Shown here: piece by piece, positions 8,490 to 17,114 of the stretch
Layout of the letters: each line of letters opens with the position of its first letter
Numbering within the stretch: the stretch's first letter is position 1
DNA from: an uncultured virus (IMG/VR IMGVR_UViG_2687453308_000004)
Taxonomy: Duplodnaviria > Heunggongvirae > Uroviricota > Caudoviricetes
IMG/VR virus record: IMGVR_UViG_2687453308_000004
Length of the DNA: 26,732 nucleotides
Direction: 5' to 3' (one strand)
Notes under the pieces: model-generated
Databases searched by the model: none
What the model was told of the DNA's origin: nothing
What the model saw: the letters and a program-made list of their open reading frames with translations, nothing else
Made by a program: the position numbers and the translations under genes

Positions 8490-8804
8490 TTAAATTTTTA
8501 GAACTCTAATTTTCTTAAGATTACTTTTGTCATTATCATTTGCATGAATTTTGTTATGACAGCTATAACAAACTGACATTAGATTATCTAAGTCTAAAGC
8601 TTTGTTAAAATCTTCATCAACATAAATAATGTGATGCACAATCTTTGCATCTGTTATAATATCTTCGCGTAAACACATTTGACAAAGATAATTATCTCTA
8701 TCTAATGCTATCTCTCTTAACTTCTTCCATGCTTTTGAATGATAGAACCAATCGTATTGATATGACTTACGACCATGCTTATAAATGTTATTATGCTTGG
8801 TCAT
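8490..8804 (-). CDS. HNH endonuclease (cos packaging cofactor)
   Basis: RDNYLCQMC, VHHI, NLMSVCYSCHNKIH; adjacent to terS. Confidence 0.93.
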   Translation of the reverse strand: MTKHNNIYKHGRKSYQYDWFYHSKAWKKLREIALDRDNYLCQMCLREDIITDAKIVHHIIYVDEDFNKALDLDNLMSVCYSCHNKIHANDNDKSNLKKIRVLKI

Positions 8805-8827
8805 CTCTTACACCTCTTTGATTGCAT

Positions 8828-8858
8828 AACAAAAGACACACCGCTTAGCGATGCGCCT
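8828..8858 (-). terminator. Terminator-like hairpin upstream of HNH
   Basis: AGGCGCATCGC-TAA-GCGGTGTGTCT followed by TTTGTT. Confidence 0.55.
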
Positions 8859-8900
8859 CATGTATTTATGTCGTATAACTTTATACATCTTTCCGATACT

Positions 8901-8948
8901 ATCATATTACTACAGATTTGTAGGCCTTTTGCACAATCTTTGCACAAT
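8901..8948 (-). promoter_or_regulatory. Putative RinA-dependent late promoter
   Basis: Tandem ATTGTGCAAA x2 (8939-8948, 8928-8937) right after rinA stop; -10-like TATGAT at 8901-8906; no good -35. Confidence 0.6.
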
Positions 8949-8949
8949 G

Positions 8950-9387
8950 TTATTTGATACCTGCATGATACGCTATCGCTTTAACAAAGTTCTTTCGTAT
9001 TGTAGTAACTGTATTGCGATGCATGTGACAAGCATCCCCTATTTGTTCTATCTTTAGCTTCTTATCTTTATTCCAATACTTTAACCTTATTACTTTCTTA
9101 TGATCTTCAGGTAACTTTAAGTACTCACTTTCAACTGCTTCAACCATCTCTTCTAAGTTACGTAACATCTTATTAGTCAATAACCTTGTCGCCATTAACT
9201 CAGTTGTTCTAACTGGCTCTCCTTTTTGTAACGGTCCATACACAATGTTGGTGTCTAGTTCTTTCGTTGGGTTAAGTATCTCCATTCTCAATCTATTTAT
9301 CTCTTTCTTGTTCTCATTTAAATTATATATTTCTGATTCAATATATTTAAATGTTCCTGGCTTAATATCATATGATGCCTTTCCCAT
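8950..9387 (-). CDS. rinA: RinA-family late transcription activator
   Basis: FKYIESEIY...LRNLEEMVEAVE...KVIRLKYW with C-terminal HTH; last gene before packaging module. Confidence 0.88.
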   Translation of the reverse strand: MGKASYDIKPGTFKYIESEIYNLNENKKEINRLRMEILNPTKELDTNIVYGPLQKGEPVRTTELMATRLLTNKMLRNLEEMVEAVESEYLKLPEDHKKVIRLKYWNKDKKLKIEQIGDACHMHRNTVTTIRKNFVKAIAYHAGIK

Positions 9388-9399
9388 CTTATACCTCCA

Positions 9400-10758
9400 T
9401 TACTTATGCTTAGCTATTCTTGCTTTAATAGCTTTCATCAATTCTTCTTGCGTTAGTTCTTTATTTTGTAAAGCTTTATATACTCTTTGATCTATTGTGT
9501 TATCGGTCATGATGTGATGAATAATAGTCGTATGATTTTGTCCTTGTCTATATAATCTAGCATTTGCTTGTTGGTATAATTCCAAGGACCATGTAAGTCC
9601 AAACCAAACAATAATGTGCCCACCTTGTTGTAAGTTTAATCCATGTCCTGCACTTGCTGGATGTGCTATAAGCAACTTAATGTCTCCACTGTTCCAACGT
9701 TCTTTATAGTTTGAATCCTCTAATGTGGTTGCTTCCTTAAACCTTTGAAGTATTCTTTCTTTATCGTGTTTGAAGTTATAAAACAATAGTATTGGTTGGC
9801 CTTGAGACTCCTCTATAATTTCCTCTAACTTATCTAACTTCTTATCATGTATAAGTCTTACATCTTCCTCATCTGTATAAACTGCGCCGTTAGATAGTTG
9901 AAGTAGTTTCTGACTTAATGATGCCCCATTTTGAGCTACAACTGTTCCTTCTTCTTCCGATTCTAAAATATAGTTTTTTTCTAATTCTTCATATACTTTT
10001 CTTTCTTTTTCTGATAAGACTACTGTTTGTTTAGTATCAACTCTGTCAGGCATATCCAGATAATCTTTCGCTTTCATGCTTAAACATATATCTTCTATTT
10101 GTTTATATATCTTTTCTTCAGATCCGTCTCTTAGCTCCCACTTAAAAATATGTTCGCTAACTTGATGAGTTGGTTTAAAGTACCTTTCTCGATAACGACT
10201 GAATGAAGACTCAAGTCTTTCACCTCTGTCTATCAAATAAACTTGAGCCCATAAATCCTGTAAACTATTTGGACTAGGTGTTCCTGTTAATCCTATAAAT
10301 CTATTAATGAGTGGTAATTTCTTTTTAATAGATTTAAACCTTTGACTCTTAGGACTTTTAAATGTAGACAGTTCATCAATCACAACCATGTCAAATGGCC
10401 ATTCTTTTTTATATTGATCACATAACCATTTAGTATTTTCTTTATTGGTTACATAGATATCAGCCTCTGTGTTTAATGCATCATTTCTTTCTTTAGGTGT
10501 TCCTAAGATTAAAGACACTTTCAGATGATTTAAATGGTTCCACTTATCAACTTCATCAACCCATGTATCTTTAGCAACTTGTTTAGGTGCTATAACTAAC
10601 ATTTTTTTAGTGTCTAACAACTGCAATTCACTAAATGCTGTAAGTGTTGATACTGTTTTCCCTAGACCCATATCTAAAAACAGACCGTATTTCTCATTAT
10701 CTATCACTTTATCTATTGCATACTTTTGATAGCTATGTGGTTTGAAGTCAATCGCCAA
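9400..10758 (-). CDS. SNF2-family helicase
   Basis: DMGLGKT, VVIDE, LTGTP, AGHGLNLQ, QANARLYRQGQ; likely TTG start at 10758. Confidence 0.93.
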   Translation of the reverse strand: MAIDFKPHSYQKYAIDKVIDNEKYGLFLDMGLGKTVSTLTAFSELQLLDTKKMLVIAPKQVAKDTWVDEVDKWNHLNHLKVSLILGTPKERNDALNTEADIYVTNKENTKWLCDQYKKEWPFDMVVIDELSTFKSPKSQRFKSIKKKLPLINRFIGLTGTPSPNSLQDLWAQVYLIDRGERLESSFSRYRERYFKPTHQVSEHIFKWELRDGSEEKIYKQIEDICLSMKAKDYLDMPDRVDTKQTVVLSEKERKVYEELEKNYILESEEEGTVVAQNGASLSQKLLQLSNGAVYTDEEDVRLIHDKKLDKLEEIIEESQGQPILLFYNFKHDKERILQRFKEATTLEDSNYKERWNSGDIKLLIAHPASAGHGLNLQQGGHIIVWFGLTWSLELYQQANARLYRQGQNHTTIIHHIMTDNTIDQRVYKALQNKELTQEELMKAIKARIAKHK

Positions 10759-11038
10759 ATGTTCCACCTACCATTCTGATAAAAGTATTTACTTGTTCTT
10801 TATTCCATAACACATATACTTTATGATCTCTATTTTCAAATTGTCTATGCACATATTTTTGTAAAGGATGCAACTTTCCTTTTTCTTGCTTCATTTCTAC
10901 AAAATATGTTTTTCCTTCTGGCATAATAATAATTCTATCTGGCACACCTCTTGTTCCAGGTGCAACCCATTTTAAACATAAACCGTTTAGCTTTGTTATC
11001 TCTTTCACTAAATATTTTTCTAATGTCGATTCTTTCAT
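10748..11038 (-). CDS. VRR-NUC domain nuclease
   Basis: GVPDRI...FVEMK...LHPLQ motif; start MKESTLEK. Confidence 0.9.
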   Translation of the reverse strand: MKESTLEKYLVKEITKLNGLCLKWVAPGTRGVPDRIIIMPEGKTYFVEMKQEKGKLHPLQKYVHRQFENRDHKVYVLWNKEQVNTFIRMVGGTFGD

Positions 11039-11077
11039 ATATTCACCTTGTATACAAAATTTATATTTGTGTTCCGA

Positions 11078-11349
11078 TGTTGCATCAATTCTTGCCAAAC
11101 TTTTAAAAATAGCTGTTAGAGGGTTACCCCTATACCCCTTTACTCCCTAACACTACTTTTTAAACTTTATAGTGAATTTGATGCAACATTGGAAACAAAC
11201 AGGGTTGAACCCTACAGCGAGAAGGGGAAGAGGTGTTGTATCATTTGTTGCATCAATGTTGCATCACCAAAAATGATACAACACCTAAGATTACTTTTTA
11301 CACCACCGTGTTGCATCACTCAAAAAATGATGCAACATTTGATACAACA
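11078..11349. repeat. Iteron-like array TGTTG(C/T)ATCA x9; putative replication origin
   Basis: Forward copies at 11078, 11234, 11246, 11257, 11309; reverse copies at 11179, 11274, 11328, 11340; lies in the gap after the primase/helicase. Confidence 0.8.
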
Positions 11350-11378
11350 TCTAAAAATGTATATTTATTCAATATTTC

Positions 11379-13826
11379 TTATATTAAATCCTCTAAACTT
11401 TCATCTCTTACATACGCTATCTGTACACCATAATCTTTTCCGAATCGAATTTTCCCACTTTTATTACCATCATATACAGACCAATTGTCTAATTGTCTTA
11501 AGATGTTTGAAATCTTTCTAATTTCCATAGATCCTCTACTATCTCCCTTATCTTTACCAAAACATTCAACAAACACTTCAAGCGCACAGACCTTATTTCT
11601 TTCAACGTAATCTACATTTCCTGTTGGTAACATATCAACATCACCTTGATAAAATCGTCTTCGTTCAAAGATAGTTAAGTCTTCCCAATTGCTTGGGATT
11701 GGCGTGTTAAGATATTCATCAATAATACCTGTATATGGAGATTCCTCAGTATGTTTGCTTTGGATTGAACGCATTTCTTCTTCTAGTTCAGGGTTAAGGA
11801 ATAACTCTTCTCCTTGTTCATAATAGTGTTTAGCTTCTGCCCAAATTTGGTCGATCTCATCTTTGGTTAGTTTAGACCAGTTCACTTCAACTCTCTCTGG
11901 ATTTACAGTCATTGGCCAAAAACGTCTTCCACCAGTTTCATCTCTTAAGAAATCAACTTTATTAGTTGTACCAATGAAAATACATTGCCTTGGAAAATCT
12001 TCAATATAATGCCCATAAGCAACACGAAATCGGTCAACTTGTTTAGATATGAAATGCTTAATAGCTTCAACTTCAGCTTTTCTTGTAGCTGCAAGTTCTG
12101 CCATTTCCATTAGCCAAACGCCTTGTAAGGCCTCATAAGCTTCTTTACCTGTAACAGAAACTAAACTGTCAGAAAACCATGCACCACCTAATTTTTTTAG
12201 CAAAGCAGATTTACCTACACCTTGAGGACCATAAAGTGTAAGCATATAGTCAAATTTACATCCAGGCTCCATTACTCGAGCGATTCCAGCAGTCAATGCT
12301 TTTTTGGTAGTTGTTCTATTCACTTCAGTGTCTTCAACACCTAAGTATTTGATAAATAACTTTTCAAGACGTTTATGTCCATCCCACGATATTTTATTTA
12401 GATAATCCCTTACTGGATGATAAGCATTTTGCATTGCTACGCTTATAATGGCATCTTTTGTTTTACCTGAATGGTGTATGTCATAAATCTTTTCGATATA
12501 ACTTCTTAAACTGCTATCATCACCGTCTTGCCATTGACGTGTCTTAAAATTAGTATTCCATGGCACTTTCCCTAAACATTCAATTTGTTTCGTAAATTCG
12601 TTAAAGGCTATTTTTCCTTTTAAATTTGGATCATTACGCAATATAATTTCTATATTTGGAATACTAGCTTTGAAAGTACCTTTCGAAGTAATTTCTAACG
12701 TTTCAGACCATGCATCATCGCTATTTTCTATTTCATCGAAATCCTGCATTGCATCAGACATTTTGTCATTAATTAATTGCTTTTTAACAACTTCATCATT
12801 TTGCGCTCTTTGCTGCATTGCTTTATAACTAGGTAGTCGATTAACCGGAGTATCTGTTTTAGCGTCTTCATCTTGAGCACCATATAAGTGTATGCGTACT
12901 AAATCAAAACTGTTCACAAGCATACCGCTTACGGGATCCGTATTATGATGAGAATAGGCAAACTTGTTATTTTCGTATAACACCAATCCACCTGCAGTTG
13001 AACCTTCATGATAGGTATAACGGTTAGTAGAATGTTTTTCGTATAAATCAGGAATAAAAGTTTCTATAGCTTCTTCTATCGTATAGGCTCTACAAAATGC
13101 GCCAACAATTCCCGGCTTTTCTTCTGGGTCACCTTGCTTATCTGCTAATCTTTTAGTCTTACTCTCTTCCCTTGAAGACGTTGGCCATTCTAATGTGTCA
13201 GTCCAATCAACATATTCATTTAATATTTTATCTGGATCTAACAAAGGTAAATCTTCATAGGTAAAGAAAAATTCTGCATCGTTGCTAGTTGAAGGCCAAT
13301 ACATTAACCTATGAGGTTGATAAGTTGTATCATCGAAGTAATCCATGCCAACGATATCTGCCACTTTACGTCCAATAGCTTCATACTCATCTGCATTTAC
13401 ATTTCGTTTTAAAGGAATCACTAAACGCAGTCTTGGACTTATCTCTCTATGCTTATGTGTTGAATATAAACAATATGCAAAATCATAAAACATAGATAAT
13501 ATGTCAGTCATATCTTGAGCAGCATAATCGATATCAAGTGTTAGCATTGAACGATTCATGACTTGACCAGCACGCCGTTTCCCTTCTTTTAAATATCCGC
13601 CGACAAATCCACCAACATCTTTTATATCGGCTTGTTCAGACTTAGACATTTTATTGTACTCAGTTAAATCTTCTTTAGTTCTAACTGTTTGTGCTAGCTT
13701 CTGCATAAAGTCAGACCAAGCCATATTGTGATTAGTCCAATATGTGGATAAACGACTAGCAGCATAAGAATATGAGACATCACGATCATATTTAATTGTT
13801 TCTATTTGAGTGACTTTGTCTAACAT
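11379..13826 (-). CDS. VirE/VapE-family primase-helicase-like replication protein
   Basis: N-terminal LTLDID, YSTHKH, RLRLVIPL (primase-like); C-terminal GPQGVGKS, FIGTTN, GGRRFWP (P-loop ATPase). Confidence 0.9.
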   Translation of the reverse strand: MLDKVTQIETIKYDRDVSYSYAASRLSTYWTNHNMAWSDFMQKLAQTVRTKEDLTEYNKMSKSEQADIKDVGGFVGGYLKEGKRRAGQVMNRSMLTLDIDYAAQDMTDILSMFYDFAYCLYSTHKHREISPRLRLVIPLKRNVNADEYEAIGRKVADIVGMDYFDDTTYQPHRLMYWPSTSNDAEFFFTYEDLPLLDPDKILNEYVDWTDTLEWPTSSREESKTKRLADKQGDPEEKPGIVGAFCRAYTIEEAIETFIPDLYEKHSTNRYTYHEGSTAGGLVLYENNKFAYSHHNTDPVSGMLVNSFDLVRIHLYGAQDEDAKTDTPVNRLPSYKAMQQRAQNDEVVKKQLINDKMSDAMQDFDEIENSDDAWSETLEITSKGTFKASIPNIEIILRNDPNLKGKIAFNEFTKQIECLGKVPWNTNFKTRQWQDGDDSSLRSYIEKIYDIHHSGKTKDAIISVAMQNAYHPVRDYLNKISWDGHKRLEKLFIKYLGVEDTEVNRTTTKKALTAGIARVMEPGCKFDYMLTLYGPQGVGKSALLKKLGGAWFSDSLVSVTGKEAYEALQGVWLMEMAELAATRKAEVEAIKHFISKQVDRFRVAYGHYIEDFPRQCIFIGTTNKVDFLRDETGGRRFWPMTVNPERVEVNWSKLTKDEIDQIWAEAKHYYEQGEELFLNPELEEEMRSIQSKHTEESPYTGIIDEYLNTPIPSNWEDLTIFERRRFYQGDVDMLPTGNVDYVERNKVCALEVFVECFGKDKGDSRGSMEIRKISNILRQLDNWSVYDGNKSGKIRFGKDYGVQIAYVRDESLEDLI

Positions 13827-13878
13827 GTTCGGCTCCTTTCATTATTTTAGATAGAGCAGAGAAGCCTATCGCCTCTCT

Positions 13879-14079
13879 TTAGCTTTTGAATCTTTTTCTA
13901 ATTCGTTCAACTTCATTTTCATAATCTTCTAAACCTTCAACACCATTATTTTTTACTAACTGCTTGAAAAGATAAGCATTCATATACTCCAATGCTTCTA
14001 TGGTTTTCATCTTATGAGAAATGCTACTTAACAAGATCAATAAAAATATAGATAAAACAATTGAAATGACAATCCACAT
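13879..14079 (-). CDS. DUF1514-like small membrane protein
   Basis: MWIVISIVLSIFLLILL start after GGAGGTG RBS. Confidence 0.8.
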   Translation of the reverse strand: MWIVISIVLSIFLLILLSSISHKMKTIEALEYMNAYLFKQLVKNNGVEGLEDYENEVERIRKRFKS

Positions 14080-14081
14080 AT

Positions 14082-14153
14082 TTACAACACCTCCAGTGCT
14101 ATTGCTAAACACATTAATATAATTAATTCAAAAATGATAATAGCTATTACCAT
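14082..14153 (-). CDS. Putative 23-aa hydrophobic peptide MVIAIIIFELIILMCLAIALEVL
   Basis: Translated by hand; overlaps rinB stop and ends 2 nt before the next ATG. Confidence 0.4.
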   Translation of the reverse strand: MVIAIIIFELIILMCLAIALEVL

Positions 14154-14299
14154 GAAACTTCAGCTCTGATTTTTTCAAAATCACTCGGCACCTCTACATC
14201 ATCATTAGCCGTCATCATAATATATACTTGCTCAGTTACATACTTACCTAGCTCATACATTGCTAGTAAGAATAATAGTCTTAATATTTGTTTAATCAT
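14147..14299 (-). CDS. rinB: RinB-family protein (50 aa, absent from ORF track)
   Basis: Hand translation MIKQILRLLFLLAMYELGKYVTEQVYIMMTANDDVEVPSDF... Confidence 0.88.
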   Translation of the reverse strand: MIKQILRLLFLLAMYELGKYVTEQVYIMMTANDDVEVPSDFEKIRAEVSW

Positions 14300-14685
14300 T
14301 GTTTATCTACCTTCTTTGCTTCGTATAAGACCGGATATAAATTTAAAAAGTGTATTCTATATCCAATCGTCTTAACTTCTACTTTGTCGCCTACTTTTAA
14401 CCTAGCTTGTATGTCTGCGCTATCAAATTTCTTTTTGAATAATAAGTCGGAGTTTTCAATGACTTGTTTGTTGTCTAATACAATATAGAACTTGTCTTCT
14501 TTATCTTGTCTCTTGTTATATTTATCTGTAATTGTCCCTTGATGTACTTCTTTGTTTTGGTAACTAGCCACTGTATAGATAGGCGATATGACAACAAGCA
14601 TCAGTGCGATTACGCCGAATAATCGCAGTATTCCAGCAATAAAGATATCGAACCAATCCATATTTTTAAGTTTTTTAATCATCAT
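14296..14685 (-). CDS. DUF1523-like membrane-anchored protein
   Basis: N-terminal TM segment then ITDKYNKR...IENSDLLFKKKFDSADIQA. Confidence 0.75.
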   Translation of the reverse strand: MMIKKLKNMDWFDIFIAGILRLFGVIALMLVVISPIYTVASYQNKEVHQGTITDKYNKRQDKEDKFYIVLDNKQVIENSDLLFKKKFDSADIQARLKVGDKVEVKTIGYRIHFLNLYPVLYEAKKVDKQ

Positions 14686-14914
14686 TGCCATCTCCAGTAT
14701 CAATTAAACTAGGCATCATTCTTAACATAGCCCTTAATTCATGTTCATTCATATTAGCCATCATAGGACTGTAAAATTCACTGTCTTTATCATTAATTTC
14801 TTTAATGAAATCATCTTCAATCTTAGCTTTTTCTTCAGGTGTTTTATTTTTATATTTTTTGATTATTTCAGTGTACTTTTTCGGGAATTTCATTTTAGGT
14901 ATGTTAATCATCAT
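14675..14914 (-). CDS. Hypothetical phage protein
   Basis: 79 aa, GAGGAGG RBS, overlaps both neighbours. Confidence 0.75.
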   Translation of the reverse strand: MMINIPKMKFPKKYTEIIKKYKNKTPEEKAKIEDDFIKEINDKDSEFYSPMMANMNEHELRAMLRMMPSLIDTGDGNDD

Positions 14915-15191
14915 CTGCCTCCTCGAATGGTTTCATTGTCTCAATATTAATATCCACCATACCCTCGTTTGGTTCGACTTTTTCAACGTGAAAGATACCA
15001 ATATTTGATTTGATATCGTTTAAGTTGGTCGCTCCATCAACTGGTTTGTTCCGTGCCTCATATTTCTCTTTCGCTTCTTCTTTACTCTCTGCCTCAACAA
15101 CTGTAAACCTTTGATTACTCTTAACTTTAGTTATGTGCGTATGTTTACGTCCTGTTGAATCTTTGAATGTTGTGACTAAATATTGTGTCAC
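14904..15191 (-). CDS. DUF1381-like protein
   Basis: MTQYLVTTFKDSTGR...FTVVEAESKEEAKEKYE. Confidence 0.8.
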   Translation of the reverse strand: MTQYLVTTFKDSTGRKHTHITKVKSNQRFTVVEAESKEEAKEKYEARNKPVDGATNLNDIKSNIGIFHVEKVEPNEGMVDINIETMKPFEEADDD

Positions 15192-15227
15192 TTCCCCAAA
15201 ACCTCCTTGACTCGATCTAAGATGTCT

Positions 15228-15758
15228 TTACACGTAACCTTTTTCTGTGTCTGCTGTTCCATCTTGTCTTGCATGATTTCGCTCCATTTTCTTTTTATAA
15301 GCTGAGATGAGTTTGTCGATAGTGTAGTATTGGATTGCAATAGCGAATGGTAAGAATAAATTAATACTAAACCAACCGTTGTATAATTCGTCTATATCTG
15401 ACATAAATTCATCAACTATATCACTGTCATTAAAATCAATTTCAACACTATCTATACAATCGGTAAAAATGCCATCTTCTACATAATCCAAAATTTCTTC
15501 CATATCGTCTGATTGTTGATTCGCAATACTCAATCCAAACGCCAACATGTCTGCTAACTCATCTAACTGCACATCTAATGGCTTACCTGGTTTCTTTTTC
15601 CAGTTTTTAAACGTTTCCAATGTATTAAACCATTCAAAGAATTCAACAACATACGCAACCTTACTATCTTGTAAATTAAGTGTTGGAATTCTATCGTCAA
15701 ACTCCTTTTGTATTTGTAATAACTCTTGTAACTGATCAATTGTTAATGTGTTAGTCAT
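15228..15758 (-). CDS. dut: Dimeric (all-alpha) dUTPase
   Basis: QKEFDDRI, VEFFEWFNT..FKNWK, DELADMLAFGLS, KMERNHARQD; start MTNTLT after GAGGAG. Confidence 0.9.
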   Translation of the reverse strand: MTNTLTIDQLQELLQIQKEFDDRIPTLNLQDSKVAYVVEFFEWFNTLETFKNWKKKPGKPLDVQLDELADMLAFGLSIANQQSDDMEEILDYVEDGIFTDCIDSVEIDFNDSDIVDEFMSDIDELYNGWFSINLFLPFAIAIQYYTIDKLISAYKKKMERNHARQDGTADTEKGYV

Positions 15759-16002
15759 TTTCCTGCTCCTCCTCATATTTATAGATAACTTGACCTGCCA
15801 TAATTCCTACTGCTTCATCAAGTTCAATACCTTCTTTAACTGAATGTTGAATAGCATTTGTCATTCCATCAAGTATTTCATCAAATGCTCGCGCTTTCTT
15901 ATACACGTCCTCAATCTCTTTTAGCAATCCCTCTGTGTCATTGCCGTTATACGCACTAGCACTTATAACGGATTGTTCAATTTGTTCACGATTATTCATC
16001 AT
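15751..16002 (-). CDS. DUF1024-like protein
   Basis: NNREQIEQSVISASAYNGNDTEGLLKEIEDVYKKA. Confidence 0.8.
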   Translation of the reverse strand: MMNNREQIEQSVISASAYNGNDTEGLLKEIEDVYKKARAFDEILDGMTNAIQHSVKEGIELDEAVGIMAGQVIYKYEEEQEND

Positions 16003-16013
16003 TTCCATCTCCT

Positions 16014-16256
16014 CTAAAATAAAGTTAGTTGCTTCTGTTCCTCGTATTCCAAACCATGTTGCTTTATATATATTTCGAGCTCTTCAGCAGTATCAAATGT
16101 CTTTTTAACGCTTTGCCAACCTGGCACGATATGCCCGTGAAAGTAATAAGTGCCATTCACTACATGGATATGTGCCACTCGTTCGTTATCCTGATACAGA
16201 TATCTCTTAGATCCGAAAAATTGGTTTAAGTATTCTTTGCGCGCGTTATATGTCAT
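16014..16256 (-). CDS. Conserved staphylococcal phage protein ending in QLTLF
   Basis: RYLYQDNERVAHIHVVNGTYYFHGH; start at 16256 or 16262. Confidence 0.8.
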   Translation of the reverse strand: MTYNARKEYLNQFFGSKRYLYQDNERVAHIHVVNGTYYFHGHIVPGWQSVKKTFDTAEELEIYIKQHGLEYEEQKQLTLF

Positions 16257-16258
16257 AG

Positions 16259-16516
16259 TCATTGCTCCCACAAGTCAAAAGCTCTTTGGACATAAAACTT
16301 CGCCTTTGCTAAATCCTCGTGTCCGTTTTTCAACGGTGCTCTAGATAGATATTTGATTGCATTACCTATTGCAAATGCTAATTGTGGTGGATACTGCGCC
16401 GTAACCTGTTCGATAAAATCTATAATTTCAATGTCGCCGTATGTGTAGTGCGCTGGTTGCTTAACATTGTCTTGTATTTCATTCATATCTACTTTTCTGT
16501 TACTGATTACACTCAT
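16259..16516 (-). CDS. DUF3310-like protein
   Basis: VKQPAHY..IEIIDFI..GNAIKYLSRAPLKNGHEDLAKAKFY. Confidence 0.85.
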   Translation of the reverse strand: MSVISNRKVDMNEIQDNVKQPAHYTYGDIEIIDFIEQVTAQYPPQLAFAIGNAIKYLSRAPLKNGHEDLAKAKFYVQRAFDLWEQ

Positions 16517-16920
16517 TATGCTTCACTCCATTTCTTGAACATTTGGTTATAAGTGACATCGAACCAGTACGGATCACGTGAATGTTTTTGAGGCGTTCCA
16601 TCATAAAGCCATGGTCTCAATCTTCTCTTTCTTTCTTCTTCATATTCCGCTCTCACATTTCGTTGGTATAGGTTCAAAATCGCTTTTTTTCTGATTTTTT
16701 CTCTCTCTTTTTCTTCATCTTTTATTTGACTCTTCATATATTCAACTTCATCTTTAGATTTTGAGTCTTTTCTTCCACACAATAATTCATCGCCGCGCAT
16801 TTTATGTTTGTATCTGTATCTAAGAAGTTCTGGAGATATATGATATTTTTCTGAAACTTCTCTCAATGTCATTAGTTTTCCTTTGATACGCACTCTTATA
16901 ACTTTTCTTCTAGCCATCAT
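16516..16920 (-). CDS. PVL ORF50-like protein
   Basis: Basic protein with HTH-like N-terminus and C-terminal TPQKHSRDPYW. Confidence 0.7.
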   Translation of the reverse strand: MMARRKVIRVRIKGKLMTLREVSEKYHISPELLRYRYKHKMRGDELLCGRKDSKSKDEVEYMKSQIKDEEKEREKIRKKAILNLYQRNVRAEYEEERKRRLRPWLYDGTPQKHSRDPYWFDVTYNQMFKKWSEA

Positions 16921-17102
16921 TCCACCTCTAAATCTAAAACCTTGATATTTATAACGTTATATTTTAATAGTTCACCTGGATTATTAAATAAATAGTCCGC
17001 CAAATTCTCTTTTTCTTTATCAATCTGATTGTAATTAACACTTTCGACTTCTGTAGGAATTCTAATGTCAACAGAAGCATTGATATAAGCTTGATGTTGC
17101 AT
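16917..17102 (-). CDS. DUF3113-like protein
   Basis: MQHQAYINASVDIRIPTEVE, 61 aa, AGGAGTG RBS. Confidence 0.7.
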   Translation of the reverse strand: MQHQAYINASVDIRIPTEVESVNYNQIDKEKENLADYLFNNPGELLKYNVINIKVLDLEVE

Positions 17103-17114
17103 TCAATCACACTC

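Noticed and set aside
11234..11349. CRISPR-like mini-array
   Set aside because: Repeats are only 10 bp, in both orientations, irregularly spaced, with no unique spacers of constant length
11189..11521. Plus-strand ORFs 11189-11521 and 11233-11433
   Set aside because: They run through the iteron array and antisense to the primase gene, with repeat-derived low-complexity translations
11379..13826. Virulence factor interpretation of 'virulence-associated protein E'
   Set aside because: Motifs and context indicate a replication primase/helicase; no toxin or immune-evasion genes such as PVL are present in this window
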